A stretch of DNA of 64,000 nucleotides from Eledone cirrhosa (taxonomy: Eukaryota): NCBI GenBank assembly GCA_964016885.1, contig OZ024745.1, positions 806,001-870,000 on the forward strand, given 5' to 3'. Below the pieces are notes generated by a model that saw nothing but the letters and a program-made list of their open reading frames with translations, made no database searches and had not been told where the DNA came from. The stretch's first letter is position 1. The number at the start of each line of letters is the position of its first letter. Made by a program: the position numbers and the translations under genes. Shown in pieces: positions 14,050 to 30,050 of this stretch.

Positions 14050-17000
14050 AGTGTACCTATTCTAAACTAGATATACATGGTCTTACATCATACAGGGATA
14101 CAGTGTACCTATTCTAAACTAGATATACATGGTATTACAACATACAGGGATACAGTGTACCTATTCTAAACTAGATATACATGGTCTTATGACATGCAGG
14201 GATACAGTGTACCTATTCTAAACTAGATACACATGGTATTACAACACACAGGGATACAGTGTACCTATTCTAAACTAGATATATATGGTATTACAACATG
14301 CAGGGATACAGTGTACCTATTCTAAACTAGATATATATGCTATTACAACATACAGGGATACAGTGTACCTATTCTAAACTAGATATATATGGTATTACAA
14401 CATACAGGGATACAGTGTACCTATTCTAAACTAGATATACATGGTCTTATAACATACAGGGATACAGTGTACCTATTCTAAACTAGATATATATGGTATT
14501 ACAACATACAGGGATACAGTGTACCTATTCTAAACTAGATATACATGGTATTACAACATACAGGGATACAGTGTACCTATTCTAAACTAGATATATATAG
14601 TATTACAACATACAAGGATACAGTGTACCTATTCTAAACTAGATATACATGGTATTACAACATACAGGGATACAGTGTACTTATTCTAAACTATATATAT
14701 ATGGTCTTACAACATACAGGGATACAGTGCACCTATTCTAAACTAGATATACATGGTATTATGACATACAGGGATACAGTACCTATTCTAAACTAGATAT
14801 ATATGGTATTACAACATACAGGGATACAGTGTACCTTTTCTAAACTAGATATACATGGTCTTACAACATACAGGGATACAGTGTACCTATTCTAAACGAG
14901 ATATACATGGTATTATGACATACAGGGATACAGTGTACCTATTATAAACTAGATATACATGGTATTACAACATACAGGGATACAATGTACCTATTCTAAA
15001 CTAGATATATATGGTATTACAACATACAGGGATACAGTGTTCCTATTCTAAACTAGATATACATGGTCTTACAACATACAGGGATACAGTGTACCTATTC
15101 TAAACTAGATATACATGGTATTATGACATACAGGGATACAGTGTACCTATTCTAAACTAGATATACATGGTATTACAACGTACAGGGATACAGTGTACCT
15201 ATTCTAAACTAGATATACATGGTCTTATGACATACAGGGATACAGTGTACCTATTCTAAACTAGATATATATGGTATTACAACATACAGGGATACAGTGT
15301 ACCTATTCTAAACTAGATATATATGGTATTACAACATACAGGGATACAGTGTACCTATTCTAAACTAGATATACATGGTATTACAACATACAGGGATACA
15401 GTGTACCTATTCTAAACTAGATATACATGGTCTTATGACATACAGGGATACAGTGTACCTATTCTAAACTAGATATATATGGTATTACAACATACAGAGA
15501 TACAGTGTACCTATTCTAAACTAGATATACATGGTATTACAACATACAGGGATACAGTGTACCTATTCTAAACTAGATATACATGGTATTATGACATACA
15601 GGGATACAGTGTACCTATTCTAAACTAGATATACATGGTATTACAACATACAGGGATACAGTGTACCTATTCTAAACTAGATATACATGGTCTTATGACA
15701 TACAGGGATACAGTGTACCTATTCTAAACTAGATATATATGGTATTACAACATACAGAGATACAGTGTACCTATTCTAAACTAGATATATATGGTATTAC
15801 AACATACAGGGATACAGTGTACCTATTCTAAACTAGATATACACGATCTTACAACATACAGGGATACAGTGTACCTATTCTAAACTAGATATACATGGTT
15901 TATGACATACAGGGATACAGTGTACCTATTCTAAACTAGATATATATGGTATTACAACATACAGAGATACAGTGTACCTATTCTAAACTAGATATATATG
16001 GTATTACAACATACAGGGATACAGTGTACCTATTCTAAACTAGATATACACGGTCTTACAACATACAGGGATACAGTGTACCTATTCTAAACTAGATATA
16101 CATGGTATTATGACATACAGGGATACAGTGTACCTATTTTAAACTAGATATACATGGTCTTACAACATACAGAGATACAGTGTACCTATTCTAAACTAGA
16201 TATATATGGTCTTACAACATACAGGGATACAGTGTACCTATTTTAAACTAGATATACATGGTCTTATGACATACAGGGATACAGTGTACCTATTCTAAAC
16301 TAGATACACATGGTATTACAACACACAGGGATACAGTGTACCTATTCTAAACTAGATATATATGGTATTACAACATACAGGGATACAGTGTACCTATTCT
16401 AAACTAGATATACATGGTCTTACATCATACAGGGATACAGTGTACCTATTCTAAACTAGATATACATGGTCTTACATCATACAGGGATACAGTGTACCTA
16501 TTCTAAACTAGATATACATGGTATTACAACATACAGGGATACAGTGTACCTATTCTAAACTAGATATACATGGTCTTACATCATACAGGGATACAGTGTA
16601 CCTATTCTAAACTTGATATACATGGTATTACAACATACAGAGATACAGTGTACCTATTCTAAACTAGATATATATGGTCTTACAACATACAGGGATACAG
16701 TGTACCTATTCTAAACTAGATATACATGGTATTACAACATACAGGGATACAGTGTACCTATTCTAAACTAGATATATATGGTCTTACATCATACAGGGAT
16801 ACAGTGTACCTATTGTAAACTAGATATATATGGTATTACAACATACAGGGATACAGTGTACCTATTCTAAACTAGATATACATGGTCTTACAACATACAG
16901 GGATACAGTGTACCTATTCTAAACTAGATATATATGGTCTTACAACATACAGGGATACAGTGTACCTATTCTAAACTAGATATATATGGTCTTATGACAT

Positions 17001-20000
17001 ACAGGGATACAGTGTACCTATTCTAAACTAGATATATATGGTATTACAACATACAGAGATACAGTGTACCTATTCTAAACTAGATATATATGGTATTACA
17101 ACATACAGGGATACAGTGTACCTATTCTAAACTAGATATACACGGTCTTACAACATACTGGGATACAGTGTACCTATTCTAAACTAGATATACATGGTAT
17201 TATGACATACAGGGATACAGTGTACCTATTTTAAACTAGATATACATGGTCTTACAACATACAGAGATACAGTGTACCTATTCTAAGCTAGATATACATG
17301 GTATTACAACATACAGGGATAGTGTACCTATTCTAAACTAGATATACATGGTCTTACATCATACAGGGATACAGTGTACCTATTCTAAACTAGATATACA
17401 TGGTATTACAACATACAGGGATACAGTGTACCTATTCTAAACTAGATATACATGGTCTTATGACATACAGGGATACAGTGTACCTATTCTAAACTAGATA
17501 CACATGGTATTACAACACACAGGGATACAGTGTACCTATTCTAAACTAGATATATATGGTATTACAACATGCAGGGATACAGTGTACCTATTCTAAACTA
17601 GATATATATGCTATTACAACATACAGGGATACAGTGTACCTATTCTAAACTAGATATATATGGTATTACAACATACAGGGATACAGTGTACCTATTCTAA
17701 ACTAGATATACATGGTCTTATAACATACAGGGATACAGTGTACCTATTCTAAACTAGATATATATGGTATTACAACATACAGGGATACAGTGTACCTATT
17801 CTAAACTAGATATACATGGTATTACAACATACAGGGATACAGTGTACCTATTCTAAACTAGATATACATGGTATTATGACATACAGGGATACAGTACCTA
17901 TTCTAAACTAGATATATATGGTATTACAACATACAGGGATACAGTGTACCTTTTCTAAACTAGATATACATGGTCTTACAACATACAGGGATACAGTGTA
18001 CCTATTCTAAACGAGATATACATGGTATTATGACATACAGGGATACAGTGTACCTATTGTAAACTAGATATACATGGTATTACAACATACAGGGATACAA
18101 TGTACCTATTCTAAACTAGATATATATGGTATTACAACATACAGGGATACAGTGTTCCTATTCTAAACTAGATATACATGGTCTTACAACATACAGGGAT
18201 ACAGTGTACCTATTCTAAACTAGATATACATGGTATTATGACATACAGGGATACAGTGTACCTATTCTAAACTAGATATACATGGTATTACAACGTACAG
18301 GGATACAGTGTACCTATTCTAAACTAGATATACATGGTCTTATGACATACAGGGATACAGTGTACCTATTCTAAACTAGATATATATGGTATTACAACAT
18401 ACAGGGATACAGTGTACCTATTCTAAACTAGATATATATGGTATTACAATATACAGGGATACAGTGTACCTATTCTAAACTAGATATACATGGTATTACA
18501 ACATACAGGGATACAGTGTACCTATTCTAAACTAGATATACATGGTCTTATGACATACAGGGATACAGTGTACCTATTCTAAACTAGATATATATGGTAT
18601 TACAACATACAGAGATACAGTGTACCTATTCTAAACTAGATATACATGGTATTACAACATACAGGGATACAGTGTACCTATTCTAAACTAGATATACATG
18701 GTATTATGACATACAGGGATACAGTGTACCTATTCTAAACTAGATATACATGGTATTACAACATACAGGGATACAGTGTACCTATTCTAAACTAGATATA
18801 CATGGTCTTATGACATACAGGGATACAGTGTACCTATTCTAAACTAGATATATATGGTATTACAACATACAGAGATACAGTGTACCTATTCTAAACTAGA
18901 TATATATGGTATTACAACATACAGGGATACAGTGTACCTATTCTAAACTAGATATACACGATCTTACAACATACAGGGATACAGTGTACCTATTCTAAAC
19001 TAGATATACATGGTTTATGACATACAGGGATACAGTGTACCTATTCTAAACTAGATATATATGGTATTACAACATACAGAGATACAGTGTACCTATTCTA
19101 AACTAGATATATATGGTATTACAACATACAGGGATACAGTGTACCTATTCTAAACTAGATATACACGGTCTTACAACATACAGGGATACAGTGTACCTAT
19201 TCTAAACTAGATATACATGGTATTATGACATACAGGGATACAGTGTACCTATTTTAAACTAGATATACATGGTCTTACAACATACAGAGATACAGTGTAC
19301 CTATTCTAAACTAGATATATATGGTCTTACAACATACAGGGATACAGTGTACCTATTTTAAACTAGATATACATGGTCTTATGACATACAGGGATACAGT
19401 GTACCTATTCTAAACTAGATACACATGGTATTACAACACACAGGGATACAGTGTACCTATTCTAAACTAGATATATATGGTATTACAACATACAGGGATA
19501 CAGTGTACCTATTCTAAACTAGATATACATGGTCTTACATCATACAGGGATACAGTGTACCTATTCTAAACTAGATATACATGGTCTTACATCATACAGG
19601 GATACAGTGTACCTATTCTAAACTAGATATACATGGTATTACAACATACAGGGATACAGTGTACCTATTCTAAACTAGATATACATGGTCTTACATCATA
19701 CAGGGATACAGTGTACCTATTCTAAACTTGATATACATGGTATTACAACATACAGAGATACAGTGTACCTATTCTAAACTAGATATATATGGTCTTACAA
19801 CATACAGGGATACAGTGTACCTATTCTAAACTAGATATACATGGTATTACAACATACAGGGATACAGTGTACCTATTCTAAACTAGATATATATGGTCTT
19901 ACATCATACAGGGATACAGTGTACCTATTGTAAACTAGATATATATGGTATTACAACATACAGGGATACAGTGTACCTATTCTAAACTAGATATACATGG

Positions 20001-20450
20001 TCTTACAACATACAGGGATACAGTGTACCTATTCTAAACTAGATATATATGGTCTTACAACATACAGGGATACAGTGTACCTATTCTAAACTAGATATAT
20101 ATGGTCTTATGACATACAGGGATACAGTGTACCTATTCTAAACTAGATATATATGGTATTACAACATACAGAGATACAGTGTACCTATTCTAAACTAGAT
20201 ATATATGGTATTACAACATACAGGGATACAGTGTACCTATTCTAAACTAGATATACACGGTCTTACAACATACTGGGATACAGTGTACCTATTCTAAACT
20301 AGATATACATGGTATTATGACATACAGGGATACAGTGTACCTATTTTAAACTAGATATACATGGTCTTACAACATACAGAGATACAGTGTACCTATTCTA
20401 AGCTAGATATACATGGTATTACAACATACAGGGATAGTGTACCTATTCTA
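14050..20450. repeat. About 3.1-kb (60-monomer) tandem higher-order duplication
   Basis: Offset 3115 (60x52-5): CAGTACC 14777/17892, CACGATC 15842/18957, AGCTAG 17286/20401. The earlier marker GCAGG 14300/17571 has offset 3271, three monomers more. Confidence 0.88.
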
Positions 20451-23400
20451 AACTAGATATACATGGTATGACAGCATACAGGGATACAGTGTACCTATTT
20501 TAAACTAGATATACATGGTCTTATGACATACAGGGATACAGTGTACCTATTCTAAACTAGATACACATGGTATTACAACACACAGGGATACAGGGTACCT
20601 ATTCTAAACTAGATATATATGGTATTACAACATACAGGGATACAGTGTACCTATTCTAAACTAGATATATATGCTATTACAACATACAGGGATAGTGTAC
20701 CTATTCTAAACTAGATATATATGGTATTACAACATACAGGGATACAGTGTACCTATTCTAAACTAGATATACATGGTATTACAACATACAGGGATACAGT
20801 GTACCTATTCTAAACTAGATATAAATGGTATTACAACATACAGAGATACAGTGTACCTATAATAAACTTGATATACATGGTATTACAACATACAGGGATA
20901 CAGTGTACCTATTGTAAACTAGATGTACATGGTCTTACAACATACAGAGATACAGTGTACCTATTCTAAACTTGATATACAAGGTATTACAACACACAGG
21001 GATACAGTGTACCTATTCTAAACTAGATATATATGGTATTACAACACACAGGGATACAGTGTACCTATTCTAAACTAGATATATATGGTCTTACAACATA
21101 CAGGGATACAGTGTACCTATTTTAAACTAGATATACATGGTAGTACGACATACGGGGTTACAGTGTACCTATTCTAAACTAGATATACATGGTATTACAA
21201 CATACAGGGATACAGTGTACCTATTTTAAACTAGATATATATGGTATTACAACATACAGGGATAGTGTACCTATTCTAAACTAGATATAAATGGTATTAC
21301 AACATACAGGGATACAGTGTACCTATTATAAACTTGATATACATGGTATTACAACATACAGGGATACAGTGTACCTATTGTAAACTAGATATACATGGTC
21401 TTACAACATACAGAGATACAGTGTACCTATTCTAAACTTGATATACATGGTATTACAACACACAGGGATACAATGTACCTATTCTAAACTAGATATACAT
21501 GGTATTATGACATACAGGGATACAGTGTACCTATTCTAAGCTAGATATATATAGTATTACAACATACAGGGATACAGTGTACCTATTCTAAACTAGATAT
21601 ATATGGTATTACAACATACAAGGATACAGTGTACCTATTCTAAACTAGATATACATGGTATTACAACATACAGGGATACAGTGTACCTACTTTAAACTAG
21701 ATACACATGGTATTACAACATATAGGGATACAGTGTACCTATTCTAAACTAGATATACATGGTCTTACAACATACAAGGATACAGTGTACCTATTCTAAA
21801 CTAGATATATATGGTATTAAAACATACAAGGATACAGTGTACCTATTCTAAACTAGATATACATGGTATTACAACATACAGGGATACAGTGTACCTATTC
21901 TAAACTAGATATACATGGTCTTACATCATACAGGGATACAGTGTACCTATTCTAAACTAGATATACATGGTCTTACAACATACAAGGATACAGTGTACCT
22001 ATTCTAAACTTGATATACATGGTATTACAACACACAGGGATACAATGTACCTATTCTAAACTAGATATACATGGTATTATGACATACAGGGATACAGTGT
22101 ACCTATTCTAAACTAGATATATATAGTATTACAACATACAGGGATACAGTGTACCTACTTTAAACTAGATACACATGGTATTACAACATATAGGGATACA
22201 GTGTACCTATTCTAAACTAGATATACATGGTCTTACAACATACAAGGATACAGTGTACCTATTCTAAACTAGATATACATGGTCTTACAACATACAAGGA
22301 TACAGTGTACCTATTCTAAACTAGATATATATGGTATTACAACATACAAGGATACAGTGTACCTATTCTAAACTAGATATACATGGTATTACAACATACA
22401 GGGATACAGTGTACCTATTCTAAACTAGATATACATGGTCTTACATCATACAGGGATACAGTGTACCTATTCTAAACTAGATATACATGGTCTTACATCA
22501 TACAGGGATACAGTGTACCTATTCTAAACTAGATATACATGGTATTACAACATACAGGGATACAGTGTACCTATTCTAAACTAGATATACATGGTCTTAT
22601 GACATACAGGGATACAGTGTACCTATTCTAAACTAGATACACATGGTATTACAACACACAGGGATACAGTGTACCTATTCTAAACTAGATATATATGGTA
22701 TTACAACATGCAGGGATACAGTGTACCTATTCTAAACTAGATATATATGCTATTACAACATACAGGGATACAGTGTACCTATTCTAAACTAGATATATAT
22801 GGTATTACAACATACAGGGATACAGTGTACCTATTCTAAACTAGATATACATGGTCTTATAACATACAGGGATACAGTGTACCTATTCTAAACTAGATAT
22901 ATATGGTATTACCACATACAGGGATACAGTGTACCTATTCTAAACTAGATATACATGGTATTACAACATACAGGGATACAGTGTACCTATTCTAAACTAG
23001 ATATATATAGTATTACAACATACAGGGATACAGTGTACCTATTCTAAACTAGATATACATGGTATTACAACATACAGGGATACAGTGTACTTATTCTAAA
23101 CTATATATATATGGTCTTACAACATACAGGGATACAGTGCACCTATTCTAAACTAGATATACATGGTATTATGACATACAGGGATACAGTACCTATTCTA
23201 AACTAGATATATATGGTATTACAACATACAGGGATACAGTGTACCTTTTCTAAACTAGATATACATGGTCTTACAACATACAGGGATACAGTGTCCCTAT
23301 TCTAAACGAGATATACATGGTATTATGACATACAGGGATACAGTGTACCTATTGTAAACTAGATATACATGGTATTACAACATACAGGGATACAATGTAC

Positions 23401-26400
23401 CTATTCTAAACTAGATATATATGGTATTACAACATACAGGGATACAGTGTTCCTATTCTAAACTAGATATACATGGTCTTACAACATACAGGGATACAGT
23501 GTACCTATTCTAAACTAGATATACATGGTATTATGACATACAGGGATACAGTGTACCTATTCTAAACTAGATATACATGGTATTACAACATACAGGGATA
23601 CAGTGTACCTATTCTAAACTAGATATACATGGTCTTATGACATACAGGGATACAGTGTACCTATTCTAAACTAGATATATATGGTATTACAACATACAGA
23701 GATACAGTGTACCTATTCTAAACTAGATATATATGGTATTACAACATACAGGGATACAGTGTACCTATTCTAAACTAGATATACACGATCTTACAACATA
23801 CAGGGATACAGTGTACCTATTCTAAACTAGATATACATGGTTTATAACATACAGGGATACAGTGTACCTATTCTAAACTAGATATATATGGTATTACAAC
23901 ATACAGAGATACAGTGTACCTATTCTAAACTAGATATATATGGTATTACAACATACAGGGATACAGTGTACCTATTCTAAACTAGATATACACGGTCTTA
24001 CAACATACAGGGATACAGTGTACCTATTCTAAACTAGATATACATGGTATTATGACATACAGGGATACAGTGTACCTATTTTAAACTAGATATACATGGT
24101 CTTACAACATACAGAGATACAGTGTACCTATTCTAAACTAGATATATATGGTCTTACAACATACAGGGATACAGTGTACCTATTTTAAACTAGATATACA
24201 TGGTCTTATGACATACAGGGATACAGTGTACCTATTCTAAACTAGATACACATGGTATTACAACACACAGGGATACAGTGTACCTATTCTAAACTAGATA
24301 TATATGGTATTACAACATACAGGGATACAGTGTACCTATTCTAAACTAGATATACATTGTCTTACATCATACAGGGATACAGTGTACCTATTCTAAACTA
24401 GATATACATGGTCTTACATCATACAGGGATACAGTGTACCTATTCTAAACTAGATATACATGGTATTACAACATACAGGGATACAGTGTACCTATTCTAA
24501 ACTAGATATACATGGTATTACAACATACAGAGATACAGTGTACCTATTCTAAACTAGATATATATGGTCTTACAACATACAGGGATACAGTGTACCTATT
24601 CTAAACTAGATATACATGGTATTACAACATACAGGGATACAGTGTACCTATTCTAAACTAGATATATATGGTCTTACATCATACAGGGATACAGTGTACC
24701 TATTGTAAACTAGATATATATGGTATTACAACACACAGGGATACAGTGTACCTATTCTAAACTAGATATATATGGTCTTATGACATACAGGGATACAGTG
24801 TACCTATTCTAAACTAGATATACATGGTATTACAACATACAGGGATACAGTGTACCTATTGTAAACTAGATATATATGGTATTACAACATACAGGGATAC
24901 AGTGTACCTATTCTAAACTAGATATACATGGTCTTACAACATACAGAGATACAGTGTACCTATTCTAAACTAGATATACATGGTATTAACACATACAGAG
25001 ATACAGTGTAACTATTCTAAACTAGATATATATGGTCTTATGACATACAGGGATACAGTGTACCTATTCTAAACTAGATATATATGGTATTACAACATAC
25101 AGAGATACAGTGTACCTATTCTAAACTAGATATATATGGTCTTACAACATACAGGGATACAGTGTACCTATTCTAAACTAGATATACACGGTCTTACAAC
25201 ATACAGGGATACAGTGTACCTATTCTAAACTAGATATACATGGTATTATGACATACAGGGATACAGTGTACCTATTTTAGACTAGATATACATGGTCTTA
25301 CAACATACAGTGTACCTATTCTAAACTAGATATACACGGTCTTACAACATACAGGGATACAGTGTACCTATTGTAAACTAGATATATATGGTCTTACATC
25401 ACACAGGGATACAGTGTACCTATTCTAAACTAGATATACATGGTATTATGACACAGGGATACAGTGTACCTATTCTAAACTAGATATACATGGTATTACA
25501 ACATACAGGGATACAGTGTACCTATTCTAAACTAGATATACATGGTTTATGACATACAGGGATACAGTGTACCTATTCTAAACTAGATATATATGGTATT
25601 ACAACATACAGAGATACAGTGTACCTATTCTAAACTAGATATATATGGTATTACAACATACAGGGATACAGTGTACCTATTCTAAACTAGATATACACGG
25701 TCTTACAACATACAGGGATACAGTGTACCTATTCTAAACTAGATATACCTGGTATTATGACATACAGGGATACAGTGTACCTATTTTCAACTAGATATAC
25801 ATGGTCTTACAACATACAGAGATACAGTGTACCTATTCTAAACTAGATATATATGGTCTTACAACATACAGGGATACAGTGTACCTATTTTAAACTAGAT
25901 ATACATGGTCTTATGACATACAGGGATACAGTGTACCTATTCTAAACTAGATACACATGGTATTACAACACACAGGGATACAGTGTACCTATTCTAAACT
26001 AGATATATATGGTATTACAACATACAGGGATACAGTGTACCTATTCTAAACTAGATATATATGCTATTACAACATACAGGGATACAGTGTACCTATTCTA
26101 AACTAGATATACATGGTCTTACATCATACAGGGATACAGTGTACCTATTCTAAACTAGATATACATGGTCTTACATCATACAGGGATACAGTGTACCTAT
26201 TCTAAACTAGATATACATGGTATTACAACATACAGGGATACAGTGTACCTATTCTAAACTAGATATACATGGTATTACAACATACAGAGATACAGTGTAC
26301 CTATTCTAAACTTGAGATACATGGTATTACAACATAGAGAGATACAGTGTACCTATTCTAAACTAGATATATATGGTCTTACAACATACAGGGATACAGT

Positions 26401-29109
26401 GTACCTATTCTAAACTAGATATACATGGTATTACAACATACAGGGATACAGTGTACCTATTCTAAACTAGATATATATGGTCTTACATCATACAGGGATA
26501 CAGTGTACCTATTGTAAACTAGATATATATGGTATTACAACATACAGGGATACAGTGTACCTATTCTAAACTAGATATACATGGTCTTACAACATACAGG
26601 GATACAGTGTACCTATTCTAAACTAGATATATATGGTCTTACAACATACAGGGATACAGTGTACCTATTCTAAACTAGATATATATGGTCTTATGACATA
26701 CAGGGATACAGTGTACCTATTCTAAACTAGATATATATGGTATTACAACATACAGAGATACAGTGTACCTATTCTAAACTAGATATATATGGTATTACAA
26801 CATACAGGGATACAGTGTACCTATTCTAAACTAGATATACACGGTCTTACAACATACTGGGATACAGTGTACCTATTCTAAACTAGATATACATGGTATT
26901 ATGACATACAGGGATACAGTGTACCTATTTTAAACTAGATATACATGGTCTTACAACATACAGAGATACAGTGTACCTATTCTAAGCTAGATATACATGG
27001 TATTACAACATACAGGGATAGTGTACCTATTCTAAACTAGATATACATGGTATGACAGCATACAGGGATACAGTGTACCTATTTTAAACTAGATATACAT
27101 GGTCTTATGACATACAGGGATACAGTGTACCTATTCTAAACTAGATATAAATGGTATTACAACATACAGAGATACAGTGTACCTATAATAAACTTGATAT
27201 ACATGGTATTACAACATACAGGGATACAGTGTACCTATTGTAAACTAGATATACATGGTCTTACAACATACAGAGATACAGTGTACCTATTCTAAACTTG
27301 ATATACAAGGTATTACAACACACAGGGATACAGTGTACCTATTCTAAACTAGATATACATGGTATTATGACATACAGGGATATAGTGTACCTATTCTAAA
27401 CTAGATACACATGGTATTATGACATACAGGGATACAGTGTACCTATTCTAAACTAGATATATATGGTATTACAACACACAGGGATACAGTGTACCTATTC
27501 TAAACTAGATATATATGGTCTTACAACATACAGGGATACAGTGTACCTATTTTAAACTAGATATACATGGTAGTACGACATACGGGGTTACAGTGTACCT
27601 ATTCTAAACTAGATATACATGGTATTACAACATACAGGGATACAGTGTACCTATTTTAAACTAGATATATATGGTATTACAACATACAGGGATAGTGTAC
27701 CTATTCTAAACTAGATATAAATGGTATTACAACATACAGGGATACAGTGTACCTATTATAAACTTGATATACATGGTATTACAACATACAGGGATACAGT
27801 GTACCTATTGTAAACTAGATATACATGGTCTTACAACATACAGAGATACAGTGTACCTATTCTAAACTTGATATACATGGTATTACAACACATAGGGATA
27901 CAATGTACCTATTCTAAACTAGATATACATGGTATTATGACATACAGGGATACAGTGTACCTATTCTAAACTAGATATATATAGTATTACAACATACAGG
28001 GATACAGTGTACCTATTCTAAACTAGATATATATGGTATTACAACATACAAGGATACAGTGTACCTATTCTAAACTAGATATACATGGTATTACAACGTA
28101 CAGGGATACAGTGTACCTACTTTAAACTAGATACACATGGTCTTACATCATACAGGGATACAGTGTACCTATTCTAAACTAGATATACATGGTCTTACAT
28201 CATACAGGGATACAGTGTACCTATTCTAAACTAGATATATATGGTATTACAACATACAAGGATACAGTGTACCTATTCTAAACTAGATATATATAGTATT
28301 ACAACATACAGGGATACAGTGTACCTATTCTAAACTAGATATACATGGTATTACAACATACAGGGATACAGTGTACCTATTCTAAACTAGATATATATGG
28401 TCTTACAACATACAGGGATACAGTGTACCTATTCTAAACTAGATATACATGGTCTTACATCATACAGGGATACAGTGTACCTATTCTAAACTAGATATAC
28501 ATGGTCTTACATCATACAGGGATACAGTGTACCTATTCTAAACTAGATATACATGGTATTACAACATACAGGGATACAGTGTACCTATTCTAAACTAGAT
28601 ATACATGGTCTTATGACATACAGGGATACAGTGTACCTATTCTAAACTAGATACACATGGTATTACAACACACAGGGATACAGTGTAACTATTCTAAACT
28701 AGATATATATGGTATTACAACATGCAGGGATACAGTGTACCTATTCTAAACTAGATATATATGCTATTACAACATACAGGGATACAGTGTACCTATTCTA
28801 AACTAGATATACATGGTATTACAACATACAGGGATACAGTGTACCTATTCTAAACTAGATATATATAGTATTACAACATACAGGGATACAGTGTACCTAT
28901 TCTAAACTAGATATACATGGTATTACAACATACAGGGATACAGTGTACTTATTCTAAACTATATATATATGGTCTTACAACATACAGGGATACATTGCAC
29001 CTATTCTAAACTAGATATACATGGTATTATGACATACAGGGATACAGTACCTATTCTAAACTAGATATATATGGTATTACAACATACAGGGATACAGTGT
29101 ACCTTTTCT

Positions 29110-30050
29110 AAACTAGATATACATGGTCTTACAACATACAGGGATACAGTGTCCCTATTCTAAACGAGATATACATGGTATTATGACATACAGGGATACA
29201 GTGTACCTATTGTAAACTAGATATACATGGTATTACAACATACAGGGATACAATGTACCTATTCTAAACTAGATATATATGGTATTACAACATACAGGGA
29301 TACAGTGTTCCTATTCTAAACTAGATATACATGGTCTTACAACATACAGGGATACAGTGTACCTATTCTAAACTAGATATACATGGTATTATGACATACA
29401 GGGATACAGTGTACCTATTCTAAACTAGATATACATGGTATTACAACATACAGGGATACAGTGTACCTATTCTAAACTAGATATACATGGTCTTATGACA
29501 TACAGGGATACAGTGTACCTATTCTAAACTAGATATATATGGTATTACAACATACAGAGATACAGTGTACCTATTCTAAACTAGATATACATGGTCTTAC
29601 AACATACAGGGATACAGTGTCCCTATTCTAAACGAGATATACATGGTATTATGACATACAGGGATACAGTGTACCTATTGTAAACTAGATATACATGGTA
29701 TTACAACATACAGGGATACAATGTACCTATTCTAAACTAGATATATATGGTATTACAACATACAGGGATACAGTGTTCCTATTCTAAACTAGATATACAT
29801 GGTCTTACAACATACAGGGATACAGTGTACCTATTCTAAACTAGATATACATGGTATTATGACATACAGGGATACAGTGTACCTATTCTAAACTAGATAT
29901 ACATGGTATTACAACATACAGGGATACAGTGTACCTATTCTAAACTAGATATACATGGTCTTATGACATACAGGGATACAGTGTACCTATTCTAAACTAG
30001 ATATATATGGTATTACAACATACAGAGATACAGTGTACCTATTCTAAACT
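29110..30050. repeat. 468-bp (9-monomer) tandem duplication
   Basis: GTCCCTATTCTAAACGAG at 29151 and 29619 (9x52), each followed by the TTGTAAA, ACAATG and GTGTTCC monomers in the same order. Confidence 0.85.

Noticed and set aside
25741-25756. ACCTGGT as a left-domain copy of the 20-bp deletion
   Set aside because: The monomer is full length (AGATATACCTGGT); it is an A-to-C substitution.
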